From Candidatus Sericytochromatia bacterium (GTDB lineage: Bacteria; Cyanobacteriota; Sericytochromatia; S15B-MN24; UBA4093), in contig JAKFCT010000027.1 of NCBI GenBank assembly GCA_036676495.1, forward strand, positions 1-64,000: DNA of 64,000 nt. The letters are read 5' to 3'. Both the position numbers and the translations under genes were made by a program. How positions within the stretch are numbered: the stretch's first letter is position 1; the number at the start of each line of letters is the position of its first letter. The notes beneath the pieces are model-generated. The model did no database searches. It was not told where the DNA came from and worked only from the letters and a program-made list of their open reading frames with translations. This document shows, in pieces, positions 1 to 10,181 of the stretch.

Positions 1-782
1 ATCGAGTCCATCATCAAGAAGACGCGCAGGCCCTGGTCGCGGAAGTACTCGGCGATGGAGCTCGCCACCAGGGGGGCCTTGAAGCGCATCAGGCTGGAGG
101 TGTCCGAGGTCGCCACGACGACCACCGAGCGTTTGAGGCCCTCTTCGCCCAGCGACTCCTCCATGAACTCGCGGACCTCGCGGCCACGCTCTCCGACCAG
201 GCATAGCACCGAGATATCCGCCTTGCAGTTTCGCGCGATCTGACCCAGGAGGGTGCTCTTGCCGACGCCCGAGCCCGCGAACAGGCCGATGCGCTGCCCT
301 TCTCCCAGGGTCAAGAAGCCGTCGATGACCCGGACGCCGGTGGGCATGACGGTGTCGATGCGCCGGCGGGTCATCGAGTTGGGAGGCTGGTTCATCAGGG
401 GGTAGGTGGTCTCGGCGATCAAGGGCCCCTTGCCGTCAATCGGGTTGCCGAGGCCGTCCACGACGCGACCCAGGAGACCGGGACCGACCTTGACCGAGAC
501 CATGCGGCCGGTGGCGACGACCTCGCAGCCGGCCCCGAGGCCCTCGATCTCGACCAGGGGCATCAGCATGACGCGGCGGGCCTTGAAGCCCTGCACCTCG
601 GCGGGGAAGACCTGGGACTTGTCGATCGAGTAGATGTAGCAGAGCTCGCCGTAGCGAACCCCTTGCAGGATGGCCTCGATGACGAGGCCCACCAGCTGGA
701 CCACCTGGCCGCGCGGCCGGATGGCCAGGGTGTCCTGAAGGGCGAAGTTGTAGGCGTCGAAGCCGAATTCCCGCTCTGCCAC
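1..782 (-). CDS. fliI: Flagellar export ATPase FliI (3' end runs off the window)
   Basis: Manual translation from GTG at 782 after a GGAGG RBS: MAEREFGFDAY...GQVVQLVGLVIEA...; GQRIGLFAGSGVGKSTL Walker A, GERGREV and VFLMMDS motifs; follows fliH. Confidence 0.93.
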   Translation of the reverse strand, partial: MAEREFGFDAYNFALQDTLAIRPRGQVVQLVGLVIEAILQGVRYGELCYIYSIDKSQVFPAEVQGFKARRVMLMPLVEIEGLGAGCEVVATGRMVSVKVGPGLLGRVVDGLGNPIDGKGPLIAETTYPLMNQPPNSMTRRRIDTVMPTGVRVIDGFLTLGEGQRIGLFAGSGVGKSTLLGQIARNCKADISVLCLVGERGREVREFMEESLGEEGLKRSVVVVATSDTSSLMRFKAPLVASSIAEYFRDQGLRVFLMMDS

Positions 783-823
783 GTTATCCTCCAAAAGCCC
801 CGGTCGTCAGGACATGCACGGCG

Positions 824-2230
824 CTAGCTCGATCCGGTCATGTCGAGGGGCTCCTCGGCGTATTCCTTGCGCACGAACTCGAAGGCCTCCTGGATGACCG
901 AGAGCTGGGTCTTGATCTGGGCGTCCACCGTGCCCGAGCCGGTCTCGATCAGCACGCCTCCGCGCTGGATCTTGGGGCTGGAGGTGAACTCGACCTTGCG
1001 GACGCTCTTGAGGCGATCGCGGAAGGCCTCTTCCTGGGTCTGGACGACGGGAAGGTCCTCGGGGTTGACCTTGACGATCACCTCCTCGAGGTCGGAAACC
1101 TTCATGAGGGCCTCGTCGAGCGTCTTGAGCACGGTGTCCGGGCGCAGGACGATCTCGTCGTGAAGGATCTTCTCGGCGATGCCGATGGCCAGCTGCAGGA
1201 TCTTCTCCTCGTTTCGCTTGACGGCCTCGCGGAGGGCTCCGGCCATCTGGTCGAGGCTGTCGGTGGCCTCGTTGATGATCTTGGCGCCTTCCTCGTCGGC
1301 CTGAGCGCGGCCCTCCTGATAGCCCTCCGAGTAGCCTTGCTGCTTGAGCTCGTCGAGGATCTGCTGGCGGCGGGTCTCCACCTCCAGGATGGTCCGAGCG
1401 GCGCTGGATTCGGCCTCCTGGACGATGGCGGCGGCACGGGCCTGAGCCTCCTGCATCGTCTGCTCGGCGGCCAGGCGGGCCTCGGCCAGGATCGCCTCGC
1501 GCTCACCCAGGAGCGAGACGAGCTGGTCTTCGAGGGGGGGCGTTTCGCTGAGATGGGCGTGGAAGTTGTCGAGCAGGGCTGCGATCTGCTCCTCGGCAGA
1601 GGCCATTTGCAGCCAGCGGTTGCGGTTGACCTCCAAAATGGCGTTGCGGCGGGCGATCGCCTGGGCCGCGCGTTCGACGTTGCCGGCGACGGCGTCCAGA
1701 GCGGCCTGCGCCTCCGGGCTTCCCGGCTCGTGGACCGCCCCGATGACCGCCTGCGCCTCGCCCATCTGGGCCTCGACGGTCTGAGCGAGCGCGGCGTCGT
1801 AGCCGACCTGAACCTCCTCGAGGGCGGCTTGCGCGGCGCCTTCGGCTTGCTCCAGGATCGCGTCTCGGGCCGCGTCGACCTCCGCCATGAGGGAAGGCTC
1901 CGGGGGAAGGTCATCGGCATCGAAGCCTTCCTGGGGCTCCATGGCCGGGTCGAGCGCCGGGACGGTGGATTCCAGTTCCCGATCGCCAGTCTCGTCGCCC
2001 CCGTCCCCCTGGAGACCGTCCCATTGGGATTCGTCTCCCTGAAAGTCGATGCCGCCCACGGGATGGCCCAGGTCGACGCCCAGGCCGACGTTCCCCTGAT
2101 CGAGGGGCGCCGAAGGCGCGGGATCAGGGGTTTTGGGGACCAGGGCTTCGACGTCGGCGGTCTGGATGGAATCGCCCGCGACGACGGCCGTGCCCTTTTG
2201 AACGAGTTGGCTGGACTTGATCAGTGCCAC
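824..2230 (-). CDS. fliH: FliH/SctL family protein with a long acidic and coiled-coil N-terminal extension
   Basis: GYSEGYQEGR GxxxG repeats; C-terminal VKVNPED and GGVLIETGSGTVDAQIKTQL motifs; directly upstream of fliI. Confidence 0.85.
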   Translation of the reverse strand: MALIKSSQLVQKGTAVVAGDSIQTADVEALVPKTPDPAPSAPLDQGNVGLGVDLGHPVGGIDFQGDESQWDGLQGDGGDETGDRELESTVPALDPAMEPQEGFDADDLPPEPSLMAEVDAARDAILEQAEGAAQAALEEVQVGYDAALAQTVEAQMGEAQAVIGAVHEPGSPEAQAALDAVAGNVERAAQAIARRNAILEVNRNRWLQMASAEEQIAALLDNFHAHLSETPPLEDQLVSLLGEREAILAEARLAAEQTMQEAQARAAAIVQEAESSAARTILEVETRRQQILDELKQQGYSEGYQEGRAQADEEGAKIINEATDSLDQMAGALREAVKRNEEKILQLAIGIAEKILHDEIVLRPDTVLKTLDEALMKVSDLEEVIVKVNPEDLPVVQTQEEAFRDRLKSVRKVEFTSSPKIQRGGVLIETGSGTVDAQIKTQLSVIQEAFEFVRKEYAEEPLDMTGSS

Positions 2231-2297
2231 GTGGCCACGCTCCCGAGAGGCTCTTCCTATCTACATTCTACCCGGAAGCGGGGCGAGCGTAGCCGAT

Positions 2298-2576
2298 TCA
2301 GACCACGCGCGAGATCTTCTGGACCAGATCGGTGACGGAAAGGAACTCGTCGGCCTCCGTGCGCAGCAGGATCACCCGCAGCTTCTCGCGGGATCCGCCG
2401 CGCAGCTCGACGTCTTGATCCCCGCGCGTGGCCATCAATTCCTGCTTCGAGACCGGGAAGGCGCACCCTTGCACGGCATCGAGGACCGTGCTCACTCCCA
2501 CGTCCTGGGGCTGGTCCGCGTTCGAGTCGGGGTTCAACGAGGCTTCCTGCTGGCCCTGCATGCGATCGCGATCCAT
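2298..2576 (-). CDS. Small DUF2795-like protein
   Basis: AAGGAGG RBS before ATG at 2576; GCAFPVSKQEL...EFLSVTDL resembles the FP.SK..L / F.S..D pattern of this family. Confidence 0.6.
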   Translation of the reverse strand: MDRDRMQGQQEASLNPDSNADQPQDVGVSTVLDAVQGCAFPVSKQELMATRGDQDVELRGGSREKLRVILLRTEADEFLSVTDLVQKISRVV

Positions 2577-2655
2577 CGATACCCTCCTTTGCTCCCAAGG
2601 GAAGTCCCCGCTCATCGTAGAGCAAAAGCTCCGCGCAAGCAGCAGGGAAGTAGGG

Positions 2656-2681
2656 ATGGCGGGCGCGGAGGCCCGCCCCAC
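2656..2681. repeat. REP-like palindrome, family B
   Basis: Exact 26-bp reverse complement of 63027..63052 (GTGGGGCGGGCCTCCGCGCCCGCCAT). Confidence 0.8.
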
Positions 2682-2686
2682 TGCCC

Positions 2687-4492
2687 CTAGAAGCTGGTCA
2701 CGAGGTAGGAGAAGCCCCAGCCCTGGATCAAAGGCTTGTAGTTGAAGTGAACGCTCACGCAGCTGACCTGATAACTCAGGTTCAGGGTCATATCGGACTG
2801 CACCCAGTCGAGCGGTCCCGTGGCGCTGTACGGCCGGGCCAAGACCGCATCCGCCCCCGCGCTGAACGGCCCGAAGAGCGGGCGCTGGAAACTGCCCACC
2901 AGCCGATCCTGGGAAGCGATCGCGTCATGCCCGAAGGGCGTGCCCAGGCCGTTCGCCGGGGTGGACGAGGCCACCCGCACCAGCTCCGCCGAGCCTCCCA
3001 GGCGGAAGCCCAGCCATGTGGTCGAGGCCGAAAGACCCGCCTGAGCGACTCCCCGGGCCATCCGCCCCAGGAAGGCGTCTCCGAGCGCGCGCTCCGAGTC
3101 GGTCAAGGCGCGGTACGCGTTCCCGCGCAGCGATCCGAACGTGCCCAGGCGAATTCCGCCCGGCAGCCAGAACTCCGGACCGCTGCCGCTCAGGGCCAGC
3201 TCCGCCAGGGGCGAGGCGGCTCCGGCCTCCTCGATCAGGTAGCCCAGGCGGGCGGTGGGAGACCAGCGGAGCGGGCCCGCCGTCTGAGGCAGGCCGAAGT
3301 AGGAGAATTCGGGCAGGCGCGAGACCGGGGCGTTGCTGAGGGGAGCGAAGGGCCCGATCCGGAAGGGATTACCGACGTCGGTCCGGTAGCCCATGCTCAT
3401 GACTCCCGTGCCGCCGGGAAGATCGCGGAAGAACGCGAGATTGGCGCGCGGACCGGGCAGGAAGGAGTTGGGAGCGCCCAAAGGCCCGGGAGTCCCGGGG
3501 AAGGGCGTGGTGTAAAGCGCATCGAAGCGGCCTTCGGCAATCTCCAGGGGGAGTCGCTGCTCGACCCCGACCGTGATGCCGCGCTGGGTGGTCGCCCGGA
3601 TGGGGACCCGGCCGGTCCACCCCGGCGCGAGCTCGTAGGTCCCGGACGACGTCAGGTAAAACCCGTCGAACGCATCGTAGCCCGCCTGGAGCTGGCTGCG
3701 GATCTCGGGCCCCTCGAAGAACTTGGGCAGCTTCGGGAGGGGCAGGTTGGCCTGGAAGAAGGGAAGCCAGAAGACCGGCACGCCGCTCAGCCGCACGATG
3801 GCGTTCTGGCCCGCGACGGTGCTGCCGCCGGGGCGGGGCTTCCACTCGAAGCGCGCGAAGTCGAAGCGGTAACCGGGATCGTCCGCGAGGCAGGGGGTGA
3901 ACGAGGCGTCGAACGCCACCGAGCGAGAAGCCTCCACCGACAGCAAGCGCCCCTGCGCCTGCACTTCTCCGTCGATCCAGGCGCGCCATTGATGGGCTTC
4001 CGCCGTCCGGGCATCCGCGTCGAAGGTCAGGGACTCGGCCACGAGGCGATACGGAGGGCGCGTCACGACGACCGAGCCCGAGGCGAGCCCTTCCCCGGTC
4101 CGGCGATCGAATTGCAGCCGCTCCGCCTGGAGTCTCAGATCCCCGTACGTCGCGATCACCTCGCCTCGGGCTTCCAGGGGACCGTCGTCGAGCATGCCCT
4201 CGATGGTGTCGGCTTCCAGGCGCAGCGTGGCTCCGTCGAGCGCGACGGTCAGCGTGGCCGGGTTGCGCCGCTCCGGTTCCTTGGCCCCCTGAGCGACGAC
4301 CTCCGGCGGGGGATCGCAGCCGCAATCGCCCGGATCCGCCGCCGGCGGGCGCACCTGGGCGGGAAGCGGCTGCGCCTGACCAGGAAGCAGCTGAGCGGGA
4401 AGCGGAAGTGCCGAATGGGAGAGCGGCTGCGCCTGGAGCGGCAGGCTCATGGTCAGGAAGGCAGCGGCAGTCAGCATGGGAATCGCCCTCAT
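2687..4492 (-). CDS. LptD/OstA-like LPS-assembly outer-membrane protein
   Basis: Signal peptide; beta-jellyroll-like N-terminal region (ARGEV..YGD..LQAERL); SFTPC and GVPVFWLPF motifs; ends in Phe. Confidence 0.7.
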   Translation of the reverse strand: MRAIPMLTAAAFLTMSLPLQAQPLSHSALPLPAQLLPGQAQPLPAQVRPPAADPGDCGCDPPPEVVAQGAKEPERRNPATLTVALDGATLRLEADTIEGMLDDGPLEARGEVIATYGDLRLQAERLQFDRRTGEGLASGSVVVTRPPYRLVAESLTFDADARTAEAHQWRAWIDGEVQAQGRLLSVEASRSVAFDASFTPCLADDPGYRFDFARFEWKPRPGGSTVAGQNAIVRLSGVPVFWLPFFQANLPLPKLPKFFEGPEIRSQLQAGYDAFDGFYLTSSGTYELAPGWTGRVPIRATTQRGITVGVEQRLPLEIAEGRFDALYTTPFPGTPGPLGAPNSFLPGPRANLAFFRDLPGGTGVMSMGYRTDVGNPFRIGPFAPLSNAPVSRLPEFSYFGLPQTAGPLRWSPTARLGYLIEEAGAASPLAELALSGSGPEFWLPGGIRLGTFGSLRGNAYRALTDSERALGDAFLGRMARGVAQAGLSASTTWLGFRLGGSAELVRVASSTPANGLGTPFGHDAIASQDRLVGSFQRPLFGPFSAGADAVLARPYSATGPLDWVQSDMTLNLSYQVSCVSVHFNYKPLIQGWGFSYLVTSF

Positions 4493-5451
4493 GTCGCCCT
4501 CCTTCGCCGGACCTGACGCAGGGCGCGGCGCTCGAAGAACTGCGCCAGCGGCTTGATGTACGACTGATCGGTCCTGAGGACGAGCTCGTCGACCCCCAGG
4601 GACCGGAAGATGGCCGAGCGCCTCTCCGACAGCTCCAGGGCCCGCTCGGCGTAGCCCTTTCGAACCCGGGGGTCGCTGGTGTCGATCAGCATGGCCTCGC
4701 CGGTCTCGGGATCCCCCACTTCGATCATGCCGACGTCCGGAAGCTCGCGCTCGCGCGGATCCGACAGCGTCACCGCGATCACGTCATGCTTGGAGCAGAG
4801 GCCCTTGAGCGGGGCCTCGAAGTCGAGCGAGAGGAAGTCCGAAAGCAAGAAGACGACCGCGCGCTGCTTGACGACCTTCTGGAAGTAGTCGAGCGATTGC
4901 GGGTACGAGGTCCGGCCGCTGGCCGGCTGGGCGAGCAGCTCGCGAATCAGCTTGAGGACGTGCGGGCGCCCACGCTTGGCGGGATGGAAGCGCTCCGGGC
5001 GATCGCTGAAGAGATAGAGGCCGACGCGGTCGTTGTTCTGAAGGGCGGAGAGGGCGATCGCCGCCGCGAACTCCGCAGCCAGCTCCCGCTTGAGCCGATC
5101 GACCGACCCGAAGTCGAGGCTGGCCGAGACGTCGACCAGGAGCATCAAGGTCAATTCCCGCTCCTCGACGAACTTCTTCACGAAGAGGCGGTCCATCCGG
5201 GCGGTCACGTTCCAGTCGATCAACCGGACGTCGTCGCCTTCCTGGTACTCGCGCACCTCGTCGAAGTCGATGCCCCGCCCCTTGAAGACGGACTGGTACT
5301 CCCCGCCGAAGATGTTGCTCACCAGGCGGGTGGTCTTGATTTCAAGCCGCCGGATCTGCTTGGCGAGGCTCTGCGGGTCGGGCATGGCGTCGTCGCGCGG
5401 AGGCTCGGGCTTGGGGCGGGGTCTTCTCAATCGCAGCATGACGTTCAGCAT
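4489..5451 (-). CDS. DUF58 family protein (MoxR-associated); start may lie further downstream
   Basis: GEYQSVFKGRGIDFDEVREYQEGDDVRLIDWNVTAR, DVSAS and SDF motifs. Confidence 0.92.
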   Translation of the reverse strand: MLNVMLRLRRPRPKPEPPRDDAMPDPQSLAKQIRRLEIKTTRLVSNIFGGEYQSVFKGRGIDFDEVREYQEGDDVRLIDWNVTARMDRLFVKKFVEERELTLMLLVDVSASLDFGSVDRLKRELAAEFAAAIALSALQNNDRVGLYLFSDRPERFHPAKRGRPHVLKLIRELLAQPASGRTSYPQSLDYFQKVVKQRAVVFLLSDFLSLDFEAPLKGLCSKHDVIAVTLSDPRERELPDVGMIEVGDPETGEAMLIDTSDPRVRKGYAERALELSERRSAIFRSLGVDELVLRTDQSYIKPLAQFFERRALRQVRRRRAT

Positions 5452-5600
5452 ACCCGAAAATCCGTCCCCATCCCGGCCGTTCGGGGTGCTAACGCGCTAA
5501 CGAGGGGGTGAATGATTGTAAACCGAGGCGATAACCGTGTAATTTCCTGCCAAGCAGGGAATAGTTGTTCAGAACTCCCCAAACCATTCGGTGAGGTTCC

Positions 5601-6482
5601 ATGCTGCTAATTATTGGCTTACTCGTCGTCTTCGTCTCGGTCCTCGGCGGCTACGTGATGGAAGGAGGCAATCTCGGCGTCCTCATCATCATCCCCGAGT
5701 ACATCATCATCGGAGGCGCCGCGGCCGGCGCATTCCTGGCCGGGACGCCCCCGGAGATCCAGAAGCTCCTCCTCAAGGACCTGCCCAAGCTGCTGGGCAA
5801 GAACCCTTACGGCCGGGAGTCCTTCGACGAGCTCTTCCAGGCGCTCTTCGCCCTCTTCAACAAGATGCGGCGCGAGGGCCTGCTGTCGATCGAGGGAGAC
5901 CTCGCCGAGCCCGAGAACTCCGAGCTCTTCAAGGCCTACCCCGGCCTGCTGGGCAACCATCACGCCATGGCCTTCCTGACGGACTCCATCAAGCTCTCCG
6001 TCAGTTACGGCGGTGAGATCTCCCAGGTGGAAGCCGCCATGGACATCAACCTCGAGGCCCACCACGAAGAATCCGCCATGGAAGTCGGCTCGCTCTCCAA
6101 GATCGCCGACGCCCTGCCTGGCCTCGGCATCGTCGCGGCCGTCTTGGGCATCGTCATCTCGATGGGCTACCTCGACGCGCCGATCGAGGTCCTGGGCCAC
6201 AAGATCGCCGCCGCGCTGGTCGGAACCTTCCTCGGCCTCCTGCTCTCCTACGGCATGATCCAACCGATCGCCTCCGCCCTGGAGTCCCGCAAGAAGGACG
6301 AAGAGCGCTACCTGAGCGTGATTCGCGAGGCGGTCCTGGTGTCGCTGTCGGGTTCACCCCCGTCGCTGGCCCTCGAAATCGCCCGCAACGCGGTGTTCAG
6401 CCACTCGCGGCCCACGTCGGCTGAGCTGGAGAGCATCCTCGAGGGTGGCGCGGCTCCCGCTCAAGGAGTGGCGGCGAAGTAA
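5601..6482 (+). CDS. motA: Flagellar stator MotA
   Basis: RREGLLSIE, ADALPGLGIVAAVLG and AALVGTFLG motifs; 4 TM segments. Confidence 0.95.
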   Translation: MLLIIGLLVVFVSVLGGYVMEGGNLGVLIIIPEYIIIGGAAAGAFLAGTPPEIQKLLLKDLPKLLGKNPYGRESFDELFQALFALFNKMRREGLLSIEGDLAEPENSELFKAYPGLLGNHHAMAFLTDSIKLSVSYGGEISQVEAAMDINLEAHHEESAMEVGSLSKIADALPGLGIVAAVLGIVISMGYLDAPIEVLGHKIAAALVGTFLGLLLSYGMIQPIASALESRKKDEERYLSVIREAVLVSLSGSPPSLALEIARNAVFSHSRPTSAELESILEGGAAPAQGVAAK

Positions 6483-7369
6483 TGGCACGCAAGAAGCGCG
6501 GAGGCCACGGCGGAGGCCACGGCGGCGCCTGGAAAGTCGCCTACGCCGACTTCGTCACCTCCATGATGGCTCTCTTCCTGATTCTCTGGCTGATCAACAT
6601 GATCCCGGTCGAGAAGCGGAAGGAACTGGCGGAGTACTTCCGCGATCCCCTGACCATCAGCGGAGGGCAGGCGGGAAGCGGCGTCCTCTCGGCGGGAGCC
6701 GGAGACGGCGAGCTTACCTTCGAGCCCCTGGCGCTGCCCAAGAGCCAAGAAGAATACAAGAACGCCCTCGAAAGCTTCCTCGAAGACCGCATGCCTCAGT
6801 ACATGGACCAGGTCGAGCTGCGAAGCACCGCGGAAGGCGTCGAGATCTCGCTCGTCGAGCATCAATCCCAGGTGCTCTTCCCGCTGGGCTCCTCCGAACC
6901 GATCCCGCGCTCGCGCCGGATCCTCGGGGAGATCGCCCAGCTGCTCAAGCGGCTTCCCAACGACCTCGTCATCGGCGGCCACACGGATGCCCTTCCCTAC
7001 CAGGGGGACGGGGGCGCCTCCAACTGGAGCCTCTCGGCGGATCGCGCCGATCGCGTGCGCCAGATTCTCGAGAGCGAGGGCTATCCCGCCTCGCGGGTCG
7101 CCGGCGTGATCGGCTATGCCGACCGCAAGCTCTTCGATCCCAAGCGCCCGTACGCCGAGGAGAACCGCCGGATCACCCTGCTGCTCAAGCCCCACAAGGA
7201 CGCCGCAAAGGTCGACCTCGGCCCGCCGAGCCCCATCGGAGCCCCCGTCGGGCGCCCGGTCACCGGCCCCGTGCCGGTCCCGCCGAAGAAGGCCCCGGCC
7301 GCAACAGCCGCGCCGGCCCAGCCCGGCCCCGAGTTCAGCCCGGACTTCCAGGCGCCCGGAGTCCAGTAA
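6482..7369 (+). CDS. motB: Flagellar stator MotB with a Pro-rich tail
   Basis: AWKVAYADFVTSMMALF; OmpA-like GHTD, NWSLSADRA and NRRI motifs. Confidence 0.95.
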   Translation: MARKKRGGHGGGHGGAWKVAYADFVTSMMALFLILWLINMIPVEKRKELAEYFRDPLTISGGQAGSGVLSAGAGDGELTFEPLALPKSQEEYKNALESFLEDRMPQYMDQVELRSTAEGVEISLVEHQSQVLFPLGSSEPIPRSRRILGEIAQLLKRLPNDLVIGGHTDALPYQGDGGASNWSLSADRADRVRQILESEGYPASRVAGVIGYADRKLFDPKRPYAEENRRITLLLKPHKDAAKVDLGPPSPIGAPVGRPVTGPVPVPPKKAPAATAAPAQPGPEFSPDFQAPGVQ

Positions 7370-7373
7370 AATT

Positions 7374-7404
7374 CATCCCCCGCTCTCACTGGGAGCGGGG
7401 GATG
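7374..7404. terminator. Hairpin between convergent motB and moxR
   Basis: CATCCCCCGCTC-tcactgg-GAGCGGGGGATG stem followed by a short T run. Confidence 0.65.
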
Positions 7405-7409
7405 GCTTT

Positions 7410-7436
7410 TGGATTCCCGCTTCCGCGGGAAAGACG
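7410..7436. repeat. ATTCCCGC..GCGGGAAT-type palindrome, family A
   Basis: TGGATTCCCGCTTCCGCGGGAAAGACG; near-identical to the copies at 51254 and 53864. Confidence 0.8.
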
Positions 7437-7450
7437 GGCGAATGGCTTTC

Positions 7451-8440
<990 letters not shown>

Positions 8441-8544
8441 GCGCCCTCCTATGGAGGATTCTATCCCAATGAAAGCCCGCTAACAAGGCAAATCGGCGCT
8501 TTGCGGGCGATGGGGGCGAATGGCGATCAACTTTCCCCTTTACT

Positions 8545-8585
8545 TTTAATAGGGGTTTAGCTTAAGCTTAAGCTCTGGTTAAGAG
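8545..8585 (+). promoter_or_regulatory. Four 11-bp-periodic TTAA-type direct repeats (candidate OmpR/PhoB-family box)
   Basis: TTTAAT at 8545, TTTAGC at 8556, CTTAAG at 8567 and GTTAAG at 8578, in an AT-rich patch upstream of the carboxypeptidase. Confidence 0.5.
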
Positions 8586-8603
8586 AATAGAGGAGGCGAC
8601 TTC

Positions 8604-10115
8604 ATGGCCAATCGATTCGCGTGGCGCTCCGGGATTGCTCTCGCCCTGACCTTGGGCTTGCTCACCGGCTGCGGCTTCAGCACCCCCTCCAACGGCGGCA
8701 TGCGCACCGGGACCGAGGCTCAGCTGAAGGCGAAGCTCGCGGACGGCCAGACCGACGCGACGGTCATCGTCGCCACCTCGGGCCCCGCCCAGATCGGCAA
8801 GCTCGCCGAGGCTGGCATGGACATCTGGGGCGTCGACGGGAAGCGGGTCATCGGCTCGATCACCCAGCGCCAGTTCCAGCTCATCAAGCAGATGAAGCTC
8901 GACGTCACCTACCTGCCCGGCAAGACCGGCCTCGACAACACCTTCGATCCCGGCTACCACACCAACGCCGAGATGCTCGCCGAGCTGAAGGCCCTGGCCG
9001 CTCGCTACCCGCAGCTCGCCCGCCTCGAGGACTTCGGGGATTCCTGGGAGAAGCAGCAGGGCGGCAACGGCCATGACCTCTGGGTCCTCAAGATCGGCAA
9101 GGGCGACACCTCCAAGAAGCCCGGCGTGATCTACCTCGGCCTCCACCACGCCCGCGAGCTGGTCACCCCCGAGATGGTGCTCAACCTCGCCAAGCACCTG
9201 CTCGAAGGCTATGGCAAGGACGCGGAAGCCACCCACTACGTGGAGAACCGCGAGATCTGGCTGGTGCCCATGGTGAACCCGGACGGCCACGCCCTCGCCG
9301 AGCAGGGCAGCGACTGGCGGAAGAACACCAACACCTCCTACACCAACTTGAAGCCCGGCTACGGCCCCTCGGGTCCCGGCGTCGACCTCAACCGCAACTA
9401 CGGCTACAAGTGGGGCGGCCCCGGCGCCGACGCCAACCCCAAGGGCGCGACCTTCCGCGGCGCCGAGGGCTTCTCGGAGCCCGAGACCGCGGCCGTCCGC
9501 GACCTGGTTCGCCAGCGCAAGTGGTCCTTCCTGATGACCTACCACTCGTTCTCGAACCTGATCCTCTGGCCCTGGGGCCATGCCAACGTCGCGCCCCCGG
9601 ATAACCGGCTTCCCGCCATCGGCAAGAAGCTCGGCGAGATGAGCGGCTACGACCCCAAGCAGTCGGTCAACCTCTACCCGACCTCGGGCGACACCACCGA
9701 CTGGGCCTTCGGCGAGCTGGGCATCCTCTCGTACACCACCGAGATCGGCACCTGGGGCGACGGGTTCGATCCCCCGTACTCCAAGGTTCCCAAGTTCTGG
9801 GACGAGAACCGCCCCGGCGCCCTCTACATGCTGAAGCTTGCGGACAACCCGTCGGCGGTCTTCGGCCCCGAGCTGAAGTCGGTCACCGTCCAGAACGGCC
9901 AGCTCAACGCCAGCGCGGCGGCCTCCCTGTCCGAGGTCGAGGTCTTCGTCGGCCAGCCGGGTCAGGATGGCACCGGCATGCGCCTGAACGCTTCCGGCAT
10001 GACCGCTTCGGGCATGCTGCCCGCCACGGCCATGAACGGCAAGCAGCTGCTCTTGGTGCACGCCCGCGGCGCCAACGGCCAGTGGGGCCCCTTCGAGGCC
10101 GTCTGGTCGCGGTAA
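8604..10115 (+). CDS. M14 zinc carboxypeptidase (carboxypeptidase T-like) lipoprotein
   Basis: Lipobox LTGC; HHARE, NPDG, WRKN, GVDLNRNY, SEPET and YHSFS motifs. Confidence 0.92.
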   Translation: MANRFAWRSGIALALTLGLLTGCGFSTPSNGGMRTGTEAQLKAKLADGQTDATVIVATSGPAQIGKLAEAGMDIWGVDGKRVIGSITQRQFQLIKQMKLDVTYLPGKTGLDNTFDPGYHTNAEMLAELKALAARYPQLARLEDFGDSWEKQQGGNGHDLWVLKIGKGDTSKKPGVIYLGLHHARELVTPEMVLNLAKHLLEGYGKDAEATHYVENREIWLVPMVNPDGHALAEQGSDWRKNTNTSYTNLKPGYGPSGPGVDLNRNYGYKWGGPGADANPKGATFRGAEGFSEPETAAVRDLVRQRKWSFLMTYHSFSNLILWPWGHANVAPPDNRLPAIGKKLGEMSGYDPKQSVNLYPTSGDTTDWAFGELGILSYTTEIGTWGDGFDPPYSKVPKFWDENRPGALYMLKLADNPSAVFGPELKSVTVQNGQLNASAAASLSEVEVFVGQPGQDGTGMRLNASGMTASGMLPATAMNGKQLLLVHARGANGQWGPFEAVWSR

Positions 10116-10176
10116 CCCCGCTCACGCAAATCCCCCCGCTCCGGCTTCGGAGCGGGGGGATTTCGTTTGAGCGGGG
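10116..10176. terminator. Long bidirectional hairpin between convergent genes
   Basis: AAATCCCCCCGCTCCG-gctt-CGGAGCGGGGGGATTT core, extended by CCCCGCTCA/TGAGCGGGG. Confidence 0.75.
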
Positions 10177-10181
10177 AGGGA

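Noticed and set aside
5509-5535. Sigma28 promoter upstream of motA (GGCGATAA)
   Set aside because: The -10-like octamer is present but there is no TAAA at the proper 15-nt spacing
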